A DNA stretch of 64,000 nt from Octopus vulgaris (lineage: Eukaryota): the NCBI GenBank assembly GCA_951406725.2, contig OX597818.1, positions 54,994,001-55,058,000 on the forward strand, read 5' to 3'. A program made the position numbers and the translations under genes. The notes under the pieces are model-generated. The model was not told where the DNA came from, made no database searches, and was given only the letters and a program-made list of their open reading frames with translations. This document shows, piece after piece, positions 1-14,756 of this stretch; the first letter of the stretch is position 1, and every line of letters begins with the position of its first letter.

Positions 1-190
1 GTCGCAGGGGAGCCGCAAGATGCAGGAAGAAAGAGTGAGAGAAATTTGTGGCGAAAGTGTCAGCAGAAGTTTTGCCATTACCTTCTGCCGGAGCCGCGTG
101 GAGCTTAGGTGTTTCGCTCATAAACACACACATCACCCGGTCTGAGATTCGAACCCGCGATCCCTCGACCGCGAGTTCGCTGCTCTAACT
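1..190 (-). mobile_element. tRNA-derived SINE, 5' portion (runs off window edge)
   Basis: The minus strand reads GTTAGAGCAGCGAACTCGCGGTCGAGGGATCGCGGGTTCGAATCTC, a tRNA-like head with a B-box (GGTTCGAATC), followed by a non-tRNA body. Confidence 0.7.
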
Positions 191-208
191 AATATATATA
201 TATATATA

Positions 209-934
209 CAGTATTCTAGGGTGTTATGTTCCAAAAACACCCGGGATAGGTGAAAATCTGCAAAGTAGAAACAGTACTGAACCGTATTTATTATTATTCT
301 TATGAATTGTATATATTTATTATATTATAAATGCAAAACACCACCACGCACTCGCCTCCCGACTTTTGTTTTCCATACAGTATGTGCGATCCTTTGCTTA
401 CTCATCCACGGTACACTACGTATTTCCTTTTAATATATTTTAATTAATGGGTTATACAGTGCAGTACTGTACTGTATTTTTATTTATTAATTTGTTAATT
501 CTTGGGTGTGAAAATGCTTATTTTACCACAGGAATAATCAAAATTTAAAAAAAAAACGCCAACGGTTGCAGAAGGCCGCGATATACTGAGGAGTCCACGA
601 TATAAATTTACATATATTTATTTCTTTATTGCCCGCAGGAGGCTAAACATAGAGAGGACAAACAAGGACAAGTAAAGGGATTAAGTCGATTACATCGACC
701 CCAGTGCGTAACTGGTACTTATTGAATCGACCCCGAAAGGATGAAAAGCAAAGTCGACCTCGGCGGAATTTGAACTCAGAACGTAAAGACAGGCAAAATA
801 CCGATATGTATTTCGCCCAGCGTGCTAACGATTCTGCCAGCTCGCCGTCCTCTAAATTTATATACATTAACCAGAAACATCCGCGATGTACTGAGGGCGC
901 GATAGGTGAACCACGATATGCCGAGTGATTACTG
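209..934. mobile_element. Degenerate Tigger/pogo-like non-autonomous DNA transposon with a nested SINE
   Basis: Starts TA|CAGTA and ends ...GATTACTG. The reverse complement of the right end is CAGTAATCACTCGGCATATCGTGGTTCACCTATCGCG, and the GATAGGTGAA subterminal motif occurs near both ends. Confidence 0.5.
620..850 (-). mobile_element. SINE family A (tRNA head plus conserved CCTTTCATCCTTTCGGGGTCGAT..AAGTACCAG core)
   Basis: Reverse complement of the unit repeated at 980-1190, 3565-3945 and 6085-7175. Confidence 0.8.
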
Positions 935-979
935 TTTATATATATACGATATTAGCAATCATTATTAATAATTGTTATA

Positions 980-1190
980 AGGCAGTGAACTAGCAGATTC
1001 GTTAGCACACCGGGCGAAATGCTTAACGGCATTTCGTCTGTCTGCACGAGTTCAAATTCCGCCGGGGCTGTCTTCGTCTTCCATCCTTTCGGAGCCGTTA
1101 AATTAAGTGCCAGTGAAACACTTGGGTCGCTGTAAAGGACTAGTTTCTTCCCCACAAAATTTCAGGCCTTGTTTCTATGGTAGAAAGGAT
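980..1190 (+). mobile_element. SINE family A, diverged copy
   Basis: GGCAGTGAACTAGCAGATTCGTTAGCACACCGGGCGAAATGC...GAGTTCAAATTCC...CATCCTTTCGG. Confidence 0.75.
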
Positions 1191-1289
1191 TATTTTTCAT
1201 TGCTATACAACACATACATACACATGCAACAACACACGCACACGTATTTATGTGTATGGGTTTGTATGTCTATATATATCTATACATGT

Positions 1290-1650
1290 CTTCGTCATCG
1301 CCTGAAACTCCGGCCCCTCTCTTCGGTGCTTTTACAACGGTGCTTAAGGTGGTTCGGTCATGCGGCCCGGCGTCCAGAGGGTGAGCTGATTCGCGATGTC
1401 CTCCTCCCACCTCCACTTCCCAGCTGGCGCAAACGTACGGCCGGGCAGCTGAAGACCTGGACAACGACGATAAAGGAGGACCTCTTCGAACTATCAAGTT
1501 CTCAGATGGAACCGCGAATGGCTCGCTATCTCCAGTGACCTCGCACGAGACCGTCGAGCGTGGGCCGCCATGGTTCGTGATGCAGTTAGGACCAGAGAAG
1601 AAGCCAGCTCAACCCGCCCTGGGTGAACGCCGTCACAAGTCCAAGTAGGT
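1290..1650 (+). mobile_element. RTE-type LINE 3' end fragment
   Basis: Translates LQRCLRWFGHAARRPEGELIRDVL...GQLKTWTTTIKEDL, the RLRWFGH C-terminal motif of RTE ORFs. Ends in a short CAAGT-type tail. Confidence 0.75.
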
Positions 1651-2031
1651 CTATACATGTTGTGAGCATTCTGAAGGTGATACTATTTGTAAAGGTCGAT
1701 GACATTTATCAATCGACCGATTGAGTAAACGGAACTATGAACAATAAGAGAAATAGCTTAAGTCTAAGAGACACAAATAAATAAAAGCGTAAAGCCCACT
1801 ATTCATGTGTGTGTATGCAGGGCTTGTGGAGGTGGTGGTGGTGGTGGTTTTAGCAGTGGTGTTAGTATTAGTGGTGGTGGTAGTGGTGATAGTGATTGCG
1901 GTGTTGGTGGTGGTTCCATGTGGCAGGTTTGATAATTGTTGAGAGACTCTCCTCGCACGAAACCGATGGTAGCCTTAAATTTATCCAAACAATACAGTAT
2001 TGAGCGCTGATTCTTATCGTTCGATAATAAC

Positions 2032-2064
<33 letters not shown>

Positions 2065-2239
2065 AGGAATAACCACTTGGTGGATTCCTAATATGCTAAA
2101 GGTAGACCCCATATGGTCTGACTACTAAGAAAAATTGTTCTCAAGCAATTTCCATAAAGGCCAGAACGTAAAGCTTTACGTTCAGGAAGCGTCGAATGTG
2201 TTGACATTTTACAGAGAAGAAAGTAAATGTCGAACATAA

Positions 2240-2850
2240 TGTTTTTTTTGTTTTTTTTTTTCCTTGTTTCAGCTCAGAGCTGCGGCCATGCTGATGCACC
2301 GCCGTTTTGTGCTACACTGTTCTTACTAAGAGCCTCCTCTAATATGTGGCACTTGGTGAAGAATGGAGTTTGATATAGCTACTGCCATTTGCACCTCTTG
2401 CCGTGAGGTAGGTTCATCTGGGACTCTCGACAGGAAGATGTCCAGCTTTGATTTAAAAACCGCTACATCTACTTTGTGCAAGTTCCTCAGACTCTTTGGG
2501 AGAATATTAAAAAGCTGTGGGCCCTTGAAACCCAGGCTGTTACAGAAACTGGTCCTGAAGCGTGGTGGCATTGCTGGGATCTTTGGCACTATGCAGTGTC
2601 GTCCCGTTTTAGCATTGCTGTTGCTTACAATGCCAAAATTTGGCACAATTCCTTCCAGGATCTTCCAGACATATATTACTGTATACCTCTCCCGTCTTCT
2701 CTCTAGGGAGTAGAGTCTTAGGTGTTTCAACCTTTCCCAGTAGCTGAGCTGTTGCAAAGAGACGATCTTCTTTGTGTATCTTCTCTGGATTGCTTCAAGG
2801 TTCGCTGTTCATTTCACACTGGTGGGTGACCATAGCTGTGAGCAGTAATA
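2240..2850 (-). mobile_element. CR1-group LINE 3' fragment (ORF2 C-terminus, 3' UTR, A-rich tail)
   Basis: ORF 2326-2757 reads LSYWERLKHLRLYSLERRRERYTVIYVWKI, with YCSQLWSP upstream. The 3' UTR GGCGGTGCATCAGCATGGCCGCAGCTCTGAGCTGAAACAAG is followed by poly-A. Confidence 0.85.
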
Positions 2851-2854
2851 CATA

Positions 2855-3420
2855 TTGGGTTGTCCGGAAAGTTCGTGCCGATTTATAGTAGCTTACATTT
2901 CGACTTATTTTAGAACATGGTTGAGTCCATAAAATAGGATTTGACTACACCTCCATTTAGAGCACAGTCTAAGCTATCTTTACATGGAAGAAGGTTTATG
3001 TTCCTATAACCTGTGTTAATTTTGTTACCCTTTAAAATGGAAGATAAGAAAGTTCATTTTCGGCACTTGATGTTTTGGGAACCAGACAAAAATTGCTGCA
3101 GCTTGGCTGGGATGTGTTACACCACCCTCCATATTCACCAGATATTGCTCCTTCGGATTTCCACTTATTCAGGTCTCTGCAGAATAGTCTTAATGGTAAA
3201 AATTTCAATTCCTTGGATGACGTAAACAGATACCTTGGTGAATTCTTTGCCATGAAACCCTCTCGATTCTGGGAAGAGGGTATTTTCAAGTTAAAGGAAA
3301 GATGGAGACGCATTGTGCAACAAAATGGTTCATATTTGGTTGATTAAAAATGTAATGGCAAGTATTTATTAATCTTTTTCTTTCCTTTAAAAATCGGCAC
3401 GAACTTTCCGGACAACCCAA
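2855..3420 (+). mobile_element. Internally deleted mariner element (566 bp) with perfect 30-bp TIRs and TA target duplication
   Basis: TIR TTGGGTTGTCCGGAAAGTTCGTGCCGATTT at 2855-2884 and its exact reverse complement at 3391-3420, with TA on both sides. The transposase N-terminus (MEDKKVHFRHLMFWE) is joined to the C-terminus (WDVLHHPPYSPDIAPSDFHLF). Confidence 0.95.
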
Positions 3421-3564
3421 TAGATAGAATTCGTGTCGAACCGAGTCTGAGACTTATGCGCAGATGGAGAGAAGGAGATGAAATGAAAAACTCTGGCAAA
3501 GAATTGAGAGCTTAGTTGTGCTGTAAAGTGGGTATAGTATGGGATGAGATAATTGGGTAGATAT

Positions 3565-3945
3565 TTATTTCTTTATTGCCCACAAGGGGCTAAATACAGA
3601 GGGAACAAACAAAGGGTTTAAGTCGATTGCATCGAACCCAGTTCGTAACTGGTGCTTATTTTATCGACCCCGAAAGGATGAAATGTAAAGTCGACCACGG
3701 CGAAATTTGAACAGACGAAATACCTATTTCTTTACTACCCACAAGGGGCTAAACACAGAGGGCACAAACAAGGACAGACATAGGTATTAAGTCGATTATA
3801 TTGACCCCAGTACGTAACTGGTACTTATTTAATCGACCCCGAAAGGATGAAAGGCGAAGTCGACCTCGACGGAATTTGAACTCAGAACGTAGCGGCAGAC
3901 GAAATACCGCTAAGCATTTCGCCCGGCGTGCTAACGATTCTGCCA
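3565..3945 (-). mobile_element. Two tandem or nested SINE family A copies
   Basis: Two ATCGACCCCGAAAGGATGAAA cores (about 3663 and 3832), homologous to 620-850. Confidence 0.8.
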
Positions 3946-4357
3946 AGGCAGAGGAACTTTGGTCAAGAATTTCAAATTTCGAATTTCGAGTGTGAGAGGG
4001 AATCAAGTATAAAAAGAAAACAAAATGAGGAGAGTTGTTGAACTGGTGGACGAAAAAGGACTGCAGAATGGGAGATGAGTGGAGTACAGGTGGAAGTGAA
4101 AATGTATATGGGTCTGGTAAATATAGATGCCACCATTTATTTCTTGCTATTGGTTGATAATAAGATATTATTAATTAATTCTAGGTGTGGTCGAATAACA
4201 TTAATTTTCATGAAGATAGATTATCTCGGTAGACTGGACGGAGCCTTTCTGAACGCTGCTAAGTGGGTCGCCATGATGCTACGGTAAATATTCCCTAAAG
4301 AAGACTTCCTAAGGAATCCGGAATTCATTTACTTCCCACCATTAGTCAGATTATACC

Positions 4358-4358
<1 letters not shown>

Positions 4359-4431
<73 letters not shown>

Positions 4432-4576
4432 GTCTGTCTGTCTGTCTGTTTATCTATCTGTCTATTTATCTATCTATCTATTTATTTATCTAGCTATCTA
4501 TTTACGTGTCCATTTATCTATCTATCTATTTATCTATCAATTTATATATCTATCTATCTATTTACCTATCTATCTA

Positions 4577-4635
<59 letters not shown>
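4359..4635. repeat. (TATC)n/(TCTG)n/(TA)n compound microsatellite
   Basis: Directly visible. Confidence 0.95.
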
Positions 4636-4637
<2 letters not shown>

Positions 4638-4747
4638 ACAGAAACACACGTTTGTTTTTAGGGAAGTTTTAATAAAAACAATTTTATATTAAACTAAAGG
4701 TTACTCAATATTTTTGGCAGAGAGCATATTTAATATACTATTGCAAG

Positions 4748-5093
<346 letters not shown>

Positions 5094-5360
5094 ATAAACA
5101 TGGATATTAGATAGCACCAGTTCTGCTAGAAATAGGATTCAAAAGCTTTCTTATCCACTGTTTAGAATTTTGCCCTTTGGTTTTTTAGCTAACTAGCCAC
5201 CTATATTATTATTATTATTATTATTATTATTAGGTATCAATAATAATATCGCTATTATTATTTTCTTTCAGCACACGATTTCAGATCAAGTCACTTGCTC
5301 TGCAAGTACATCTCCGTAATTTCTTCATTATTTCTGTTATATACATATAGATTTTATATA

Positions 5361-5412
<52 letters not shown>

Positions 5413-5575
5413 CGTGTGTGTTTATTTATAAATAGATAAATATGCATAACTGGTATCGCAAATATGGCGAAACTATTCGATTCGAATCTTATGCTTTTGG
5501 TATAAAAACCTTCGAGCAGAAAAACCAGGAGCTTAATTTTATATTTTCAGCTACTTCACATGAAATATAGCTCTG

Positions 5576-5667
<92 letters not shown>

Positions 5668-5698
5668 TCATCATCATCATCATCATCGTTATCATCGT
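5576..5698. repeat. (CAT)n(CGT)n(CAT)n trinucleotide repeat
   Basis: Directly visible. It explains the poly-D/S/M ORFs. Confidence 0.95.
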
Positions 5699-6084
5699 AT
5701 TCCTCTACTTCCTCTTCTTGTTTTGCTCCGTCCTCCATCTTCTTGAGGTGCCATATATACAAATGTCGGTTATCACGAACCTGTACCCACTTTTGTTCCA
5801 TACACAATTCAGCACATTTTTGAACCGTTCTTTTTGAAACTAGCAAGTAAAACCGTCAAGTATCTTCGAATATCTGCCTTTCAGGGCTTCTTTCTCTCAA
5901 TTTCTCTGTTTTAACTAAATACTTAAGATTTTTTCGTCTCATATGATGCCCAATGAACAGAGCTTGTTGCTCCCTTTTGTCACAGAGAAACTTTCTGCTG
6001 GCCATAAACCATGAATGAATCGCCACATTCACTAACCAATCTGAACATCATCTTTACTGCAATCAATATCTGATACTACGTCAA

Positions 6085-7175
6085 GGCGGCGAGCTGGCAG
6101 AAACGTTAGCACGCCAGGCGAAATGCTTTGCAGTATTTCGTCTGTCTTTATGTTCTGAGCTCAAATTCCATCGAGGTCAACATTTTGCCTTTCATCCTTT
6201 CGGGGTCGATAAATTAAGTGCCAGTTGCGTACTGGGGACGATCTAATCGATTGGACCCTTCCCAAAAAATTTCGGGCCTTTTGCCTAGAGTAGAAAACAA
6301 TAAATGTAAGGCAGCGAGCTGGCAGAAATGTTAGCACACCGGGCGAAATGCTTAGCGGTACTTCGTCTGTCTTAGCGGTATTTCGTCTGCCGTTACGCTC
6401 AGAGTTCAAATTCTGTCGAGGTCAACTTTTTGCCTTTTATCCTTTCGGGGTCGATAAATTAAGTACCACTTGCGTATTGGTGTCGATCTAATCGACTGAC
6501 CCCTCCGAAAACATTTCAGGCCTTGTAGCTAGATTAGAAAAGAATATTTGACTAAATAAAGGTGGCAAGCTGGCAGAAACGTTAGCGCGCCGGGTGAAAC
6601 GCTTAGCGGTATTTCGCTTGTCTTTCCGTTCTGAGTTCAAATTCCGCCGAGGTCGACTTTGCCTTTCATCCTTTCGGTGTCGATTAAATAAGTACCAGTT
6701 ACTCACTGGGGTCGATATAATCGACTTAATCCATTTATCTGTCCTTGTTTGTCCTCTCTGTGTTTAGCCCCTAGTAAAGAAATAGGTATTTCGTCTGCCG
6801 CTACGCTCTGAGTTCAAATTCCGTCGAGGTCGACTTTTTGCCTTTTATCCTTTCGGGGTCGATAAATTAAGTACCAGTTGCGTACTGGGGTCGATATAAT
6901 CGACTGGTCCCCTCCGAAAAAATTTCATGTCTTGTAGCTAGAGTAGAAAAGAATATTTGACTAAATAAAGGTGTTGAGCTGGCTGAAACGTTAGCACGCC
7001 GGGCGAAATGCTTAGCGGTCTTTACGTTCTGAGTTCAAATTCCATCGAGGTGAACTTTTTGCCTTTCATCCTTTCGGGGTCGATAAATTAAGCACCAGTT
7101 GCGTACGGGTGTCGATCTAATCGACTGGGCCCCTCCCCCAAAATTTCGGGCCTTGTGGCTAGAGTAGAAAAGAAT
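6085..7175 (+). mobile_element. Head-to-tail array of about 5 SINE family A copies
   Basis: Heads GGCGGCGAGCTGGCAGAAACGTTAGC at about 6085, 6310, 6561 and 6970, plus a headless copy at about 6785. Each has GAGTTCAAATT (B-box-like) and the CCTTT(C/T)ATCCTTTCGG core. Confidence 0.85.
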
Positions 7176-7242
7176 ATCTCATACTATGTCAATGAACTTT
7201 TTGCTGGACTCTAAAGACAAAATCCTAACGTAATCCTTCCCT

Positions 7243-7342
7243 NNNNNNNNNNNNNNNNNNNNNNNNNNNNNNNNNNNNNNNNNNNNNNNNNNNNNNNNNN
7301 NNNNNNNNNNNNNNNNNNNNNNNNNNNNNNNNNNNNNNNNNN
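7243..7342. other. Assembly gap (100 N)
   Basis: Run of N. Confidence 1.
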
Positions 7343-7989
7343 TACTAGCAGTCCACTCATCCTTGAAATTTACTTTTTAATTTTACTAGTGTCAGTGTTA
7401 CCAAAACTTTTCTCAGACATAGAAACCATGTGAAAACAGACATTAGAGGTGAAATAGTCCAACCCATGACAACATGAAAAACGAATGTTAAATGATGATG
7501 ACACACATACACGTTAATTGTATTTCTTATATTAATTTCAATAATTAATTTGTTTCTATTTATAAATAAAAACAATTGATTTCGCATGAGAATGATTAGT
7601 TTGATGACTTGTGGAAGCAATGTACTGTGTAAATGTAAGGACAACTGTATTTATTAAACAAGTGTATATCATGATTCGACACAGATAAAACTTGACTTTC
7701 AAATGTTGGTTGATATTTTGCTTGTTGTTTGCATATCATGCCTTGTATTATAGATCCCAAATGGCCAAAGGTAAGTGGTCTTTCTTATTTTGGTGTGGGT
7801 TTGCTGTTAGGATTGGTTTTCAGAGTTTAGTCTATATTAGGGTCAGCTTGAGGATTTGTGAAGGGTTTTTAGAGAGAATAGTCAAGTAAGAGATCAAAGT
7901 TTGAACTAGGGGTTGGGATTTGGGGTGATGAGGAGAGTAGAGATTGAACAGGTTTATTTATAGTGTTGATGACTGTTTTATATCGGGTT

Positions 7990-8440
7990 TAGCATTGAAA
8001 AGCAGGGATGGGGGCTGGGTGCTTGGATAAGATGCGGATGTCAGGTTGATCCAAGTTATCTCCATGGTGGTCTTTGGCATGTTGGTAGAGTATAGAAGAC
8101 TGTTTTCTGTCGTCAAGTTGTCTTAAATGTTCATTTATCGTTCCGCAATGCTCATAGACGTCTCCTCTATGTACATCATGTTCATGTCCTTACAAGCACT
8201 TTCTATACATCTTATATTGTAAACAAACTACATTTCGAGTTCTACAGTTAATACCAGGGCTAATTCTACATGCCATGCAGTTATCAATTGTGCATATGGT
8301 ATTCTTAAATGGGCATGTCCTTCATAATTGTGATCTGACGGAGTTCCTTGGCTTTTCAACAATTTTAATGTTGAGTTTGGTCTCTTTCAGAGCTTTTCTA
8401 AATCTACGGGCTAGTTCTCCATGGGCTCTGGCCTCTACTA
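7990..8440 (-). pseudogene. Penelope-like element GIY-YIG endonuclease remnant (frameshifted copy)
   Basis: Paralog of 46666-47110 with small indels. Confidence 0.75.
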
Positions 8441-8554
8441 ATATCACTCCTTGAATTTTTACTGGTGAGTGTGTATTTAATAATACGGCACTAAAAGAGA
8501 AAGACTATCCCCAGACACAACAGAATATACACTGTTTTCGCTAATTACTCTTTC

Positions 8555-8727
8555 ACTCACTTTTGCTACTTTCAGTTATTTGACTGCGACCATGTTGGAG
8601 CACCGCCTTCAGTCAAACAAATAGAGCCCAGGACCTATTCTCTTTTGCCGAACCGTTGTTACGGGTGCGTGAAAACAGCAACATCGTTTGTCAAGCGCTG
8701 TTTGATGGATAAAGAGGCATACAAACG

Positions 8728-8806
<79 letters not shown>

Positions 8807-8976
8807 ACACACACATTGGGCTTCATTTAGTTTCCGTCTACAAAATCTATTCACAAGGCTTTGGTCACCCCGAGGCTATAGTTGAAGACACTTGTCCAAG
8901 GTTCCACGCAGTGGGACTGAACCCAGAACACAGTGGTTCGTAAGCAAGCTACTTATCACAAAGCCGCTCCTATGCC

Positions 8977-8978
<2 letters not shown>
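8555..8978 (-). mobile_element. SINE family B (CORE-type) copy with an expanded internal (TA)n
   Basis: Reverse complement of head and tail matches the full copy at 37156-37550. Confidence 0.75.
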
Positions 8979-9040
<62 letters not shown>

Positions 9041-9189
9041 TTATCTATTTATAAAACTGAAATGCGAAAAGTTTGTTTGTTTGTTTGTCCGGAACGGTTT
9101 AAAGACCACTACATCCCGTCGGATTGACTCCCAAATTTACGGTTCGTGATCAATCATTCTCGCAGAAATGCGTGCACAAACAGACACAG

Positions 9190-10820
<1,631 letters not shown>

Positions 10821-11109
10821 TATAGATATTTAAACATATAAGGGATGGCCATAATGGGATATCAGACTCACTAGAGAGAGCAGTTAAACTCCAAAAAATC
10901 GTAAAAGTGTGTCATGTCTGAATAATATTTTCGAGAGTTATTTCCCTCTGTACATTATAATTTAATCAAAGTAACATAATTATATGTAAGGAAAGTAACT
11001 CTGGAAGATGTTATCTAGTTGTCTCCCTTCCGAGAGTTAATTTCTCTTGCATATTATTTTATTATTGTTAAAATATAATATTCAAGGGAAGTAACTGTAG
11101 AAGATACTT

Positions 11110-12702
11110 TGTAGTTATCTCCCTTAAGTATGTAGTTCGTAATATACACTTTCAGTTATTTCACGGTGACCATGGTGGAGCACCGCCTTTAGTCAAGCAA
11201 ATCAACCACAGGAATTATTCTTTGTATGCCTATTACTTAACGTATAGGTCTCTTTTGCAGATCCAATAAGTTATGGGGACGTAATGTTCGATGTACTGTT
11301 CGATGTACTGTAAGAACTTCAATTATCATAAATTATGGGCTAAGAAACTTTTTTGATATACCTATTGGGGCTCCTTGCATGTGTGGGACTGTTTTTATTT
11401 ATGTGAGTGCCGGTATTTTCATTTCAGTGTTTGTGTGTGTGTGTGAGAGTGTTTTTATTTCTGTGTGCGCGAGTGTGTGAGCGACTGAGTGTTTCTATTT
11501 GTTTGTGTGTGTGCGACACAAATGCAACAAACACTTTGACCATTTCTAAGATACCCACATTTGAGATCACTAAGTACTAAATAAAAACAAGTTCAATTTA
11601 TTGCACCTTTAGTGACTTCAGATGTTGCTCATATTTTTCCCATGTGTCGACAGTGTATTAATTTCACAAGTGGATAAAAGAAATTCTCATACTGGCGTGG
11701 AGGGGCTGATATTCTAACTGCGAGTTCAATGCACCCAATGCCCCTTTACATTCTGAATAAATTGTATGTTTGTGCTATTTAGGGTTAGGGTTTTATGTGT
11801 GAGTGTGTAACTGCGTTTTCATTTCTGTGTGTGGGTGCGTATGTTTGTGTGTGTGAGTGTGTGTTTGTGCGTATGTGAGTGTGTGAGAGTTTGGATGTGT
11901 AACTGTATTTTTCATTTCTATTTGTGTGTGTCTGTGTTTGTGCATGTGTAGGTATGTAACTGTCTTCATTTCTGTGTTTGTCCGCGTGTTTGAGTGTTTG
12001 AATATGTAGCTGTGTATTTTCATTTGTGTGTTTGTCTTTGTGCGTATGTGAGTGTTTTTGTGAGAATTTTTTTTTCAGTGTTTGTGTGCGTGGGACTGTT
12101 TTTATATGTTTGTGTGTGTTGGTATTTTCATTTCAGTGTTTGTGTTTGTGTGAATGTTTTTATTTCTGTGTGTACGTGAGCGACTGTGTTTTTATTCGTT
12201 TGTGTGTGTGCGACAATTACAGCTACAACAAACACTTTAAGCATCTCTAAGATACCCACATTTGCAGATCCCTAAGTTCTAAATGAAAAGAAGTTCAATT
12301 CATTGCACCTTTAGCGACTTCAGATTTGCGAGTGTTAAGCACCCCGTATCTACATACCTGGATCGGCCATAATTGGTCTCATTCGGGGACCTCTCGGGTG
12401 TGGAATATTTATAACTATAGAAGTTAACTTTTACAGGTTTTGTTTATGGCTTAACTTATTTAGATTTTGGGAAGTTCATAGATGTTACTGGCTTTGCAGT
12501 GAAATCTAGTCAAGCAATTTGTCTCCTTTTTGGTTAAATCGTGTTGGAACTGGTGGATAAGAGTAGACAGTTTGGCCATTACCTTCGAACGACTGTAACT
12601 GTTGATGTTTTTACCGATACAGGTGTGTTTTACTCCCTGTATTTCAGCGGCTCGGCAGAAAAGAATAAGTGCTGCTGACGATGTGCTCGAAGAAGATAGA
12701 TT

Positions 12703-12750
<48 letters not shown>

Positions 12751-12769
12751 GAGAGAGAGAGAGAGAGAC

Positions 12770-12824
<55 letters not shown>

Positions 12825-13976
12825 AACATGTATATACATATAGATATTTATATGTATATGTGTGTATTTTTCGATGTCCCCAAAACCGATGCCGGTGATG
12901 TTTACACTCCATTAACTTATCCCTTCGGGAAAAGAAGACCAACAGAATAAATACTAGACTGAAGTTGATAAAAGTCCCATTGTCGATTTGCTCTAGAAAA
13001 GGCTGTGCTCCAGCATGGGCACAGTCAAATAACTAAACCAGGAAAAGATTTAAAGTAAATGTAAGGGAAGTAACTCTGGAAGATTTTTGTAGTTATCTTC
13101 GTTTCTAGAGTTACTCCCCTCGCGTATTATTAGCTATTAACTTATAATATGCAAGGTAAGTAACTCTACGAAGGAAGATAACTCCAATATCTTCCAGTGT
13201 TACTTCCCTCACATATACTAATAATTGTTAAATATCCAAGGCAAGGGAAGGAACTCTCGAAAGGGAGATAATTACAAAATCTTCTAGAGTTACTTCTCTA
13301 CATGTATCAGTGTTTGTGTACGTGGAACTGTTTTTATCTGTGCGTGTTGGTATTTTCATTTCAGTGTTTCTGTTTGTGTGATTGTTTTTATCTCTGTGTG
13401 TACGTGTGTGTGAGCGACTGTGTTTTTATTCGTTTGTGTGTGTGCGACAATTACAGCTACAACAAACACTTTAAGCATTTCCAAGATACCCACATTTGCA
13501 AATCACTAGCTGCTAAATGAAAAGAAGTTCAATTTATTGCGACTTCAGATTTGCGATTGTTAAGCACCCAATGCTCCCTGTAGCTACATACCTGGATCGG
13601 CCATAATTGGCCTCATTCGGAGATCTCTCGGGTGTGGAATATTTATGACTATAGAAGTTAACTTGTTACAGGTTTTGTTTATGGCTTAACTTTTGTAGAT
13701 TTTGGGAAGTCCACAGATGTTACTGGCTTTGCAGTCAAATATAGTCAAGCAATTTGTCTCCTTTTTTGTTAAATCGTTTTGGAACTGGTGGATAAGAGTA
13801 GACAGTTTGGTCATTATCTTCGATTGACTGTAGTTGTTGATGTTTTTAACCGATGCTGGTGTGTTTTATTCCTTGTATTTTAGCGGTTCGGCAAAAGAGA
13901 ATAAGTTAGAATAAATACTAGGCTTACAAAGAATAAGTGCTGCGAACGATGTGCTCGAGTAAAGGCGGCGCTCCAG

Positions 13977-14043
<67 letters not shown>

Positions 14044-14552
14044 ACATACAGATATACATGTATATACCCACACACGCATATATACTATCTAAAGCAAAAA
14101 ATAAACTTGATTATGTCCGAAGGGTAGTACTAGATAACATTATTACTTTATATATTTGTGGGGTGTAGTGAAATGTAAATGATCAGCTAGTCAATGTTTA
14201 TTTGTTAAAGGTACCAGCAGATTACTTGGATGTGTATGTGTCTCTGTTGGTGTGCGCATGGTCGTGTCATCTTTCGTAGTCGTAAAACGAACACACCTAT
14301 TACAGAAATTACAACATGAAAGGTATTATATGACGATTAGGAGATATTTTCAGCTATCTCCCTAGTGAACAGGTTATAGACTTTTGTCGCTATTTACTCT
14401 TTTACTCTCATTTACTTGTTTCAGTCATTTAACTGTGGCCATGCTGGAACAATACCTTCAGTCGAGCATATCGACCCCAGGACTTATTCTTTGTAGGTCT
14501 AGTACTTATTCTAACAGTCTCTTTCGCTGAACCTCTAAGTTACGGGGATGTA

Positions 14553-14637
<85 letters not shown>

Positions 14638-14725
14638 CACACACACACACACACACATGTATATAAAAGCACGTAGTCGCACACACAGAAATGGAAATAC
14701 ACACATCTAACCATAGCTCATAGTT

Positions 14726-14756
<31 letters not shown>

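Noticed and set aside
130-190. tRNA gene
   Set aside because: The tRNA-like boxes continue into a SINE body. No acceptor stem or terminator is seen.
5489-5846. Poly-Asp/Ser/Met ORFs
   Set aside because: Trinucleotide repeat with no supported flanking protein or exon structure.
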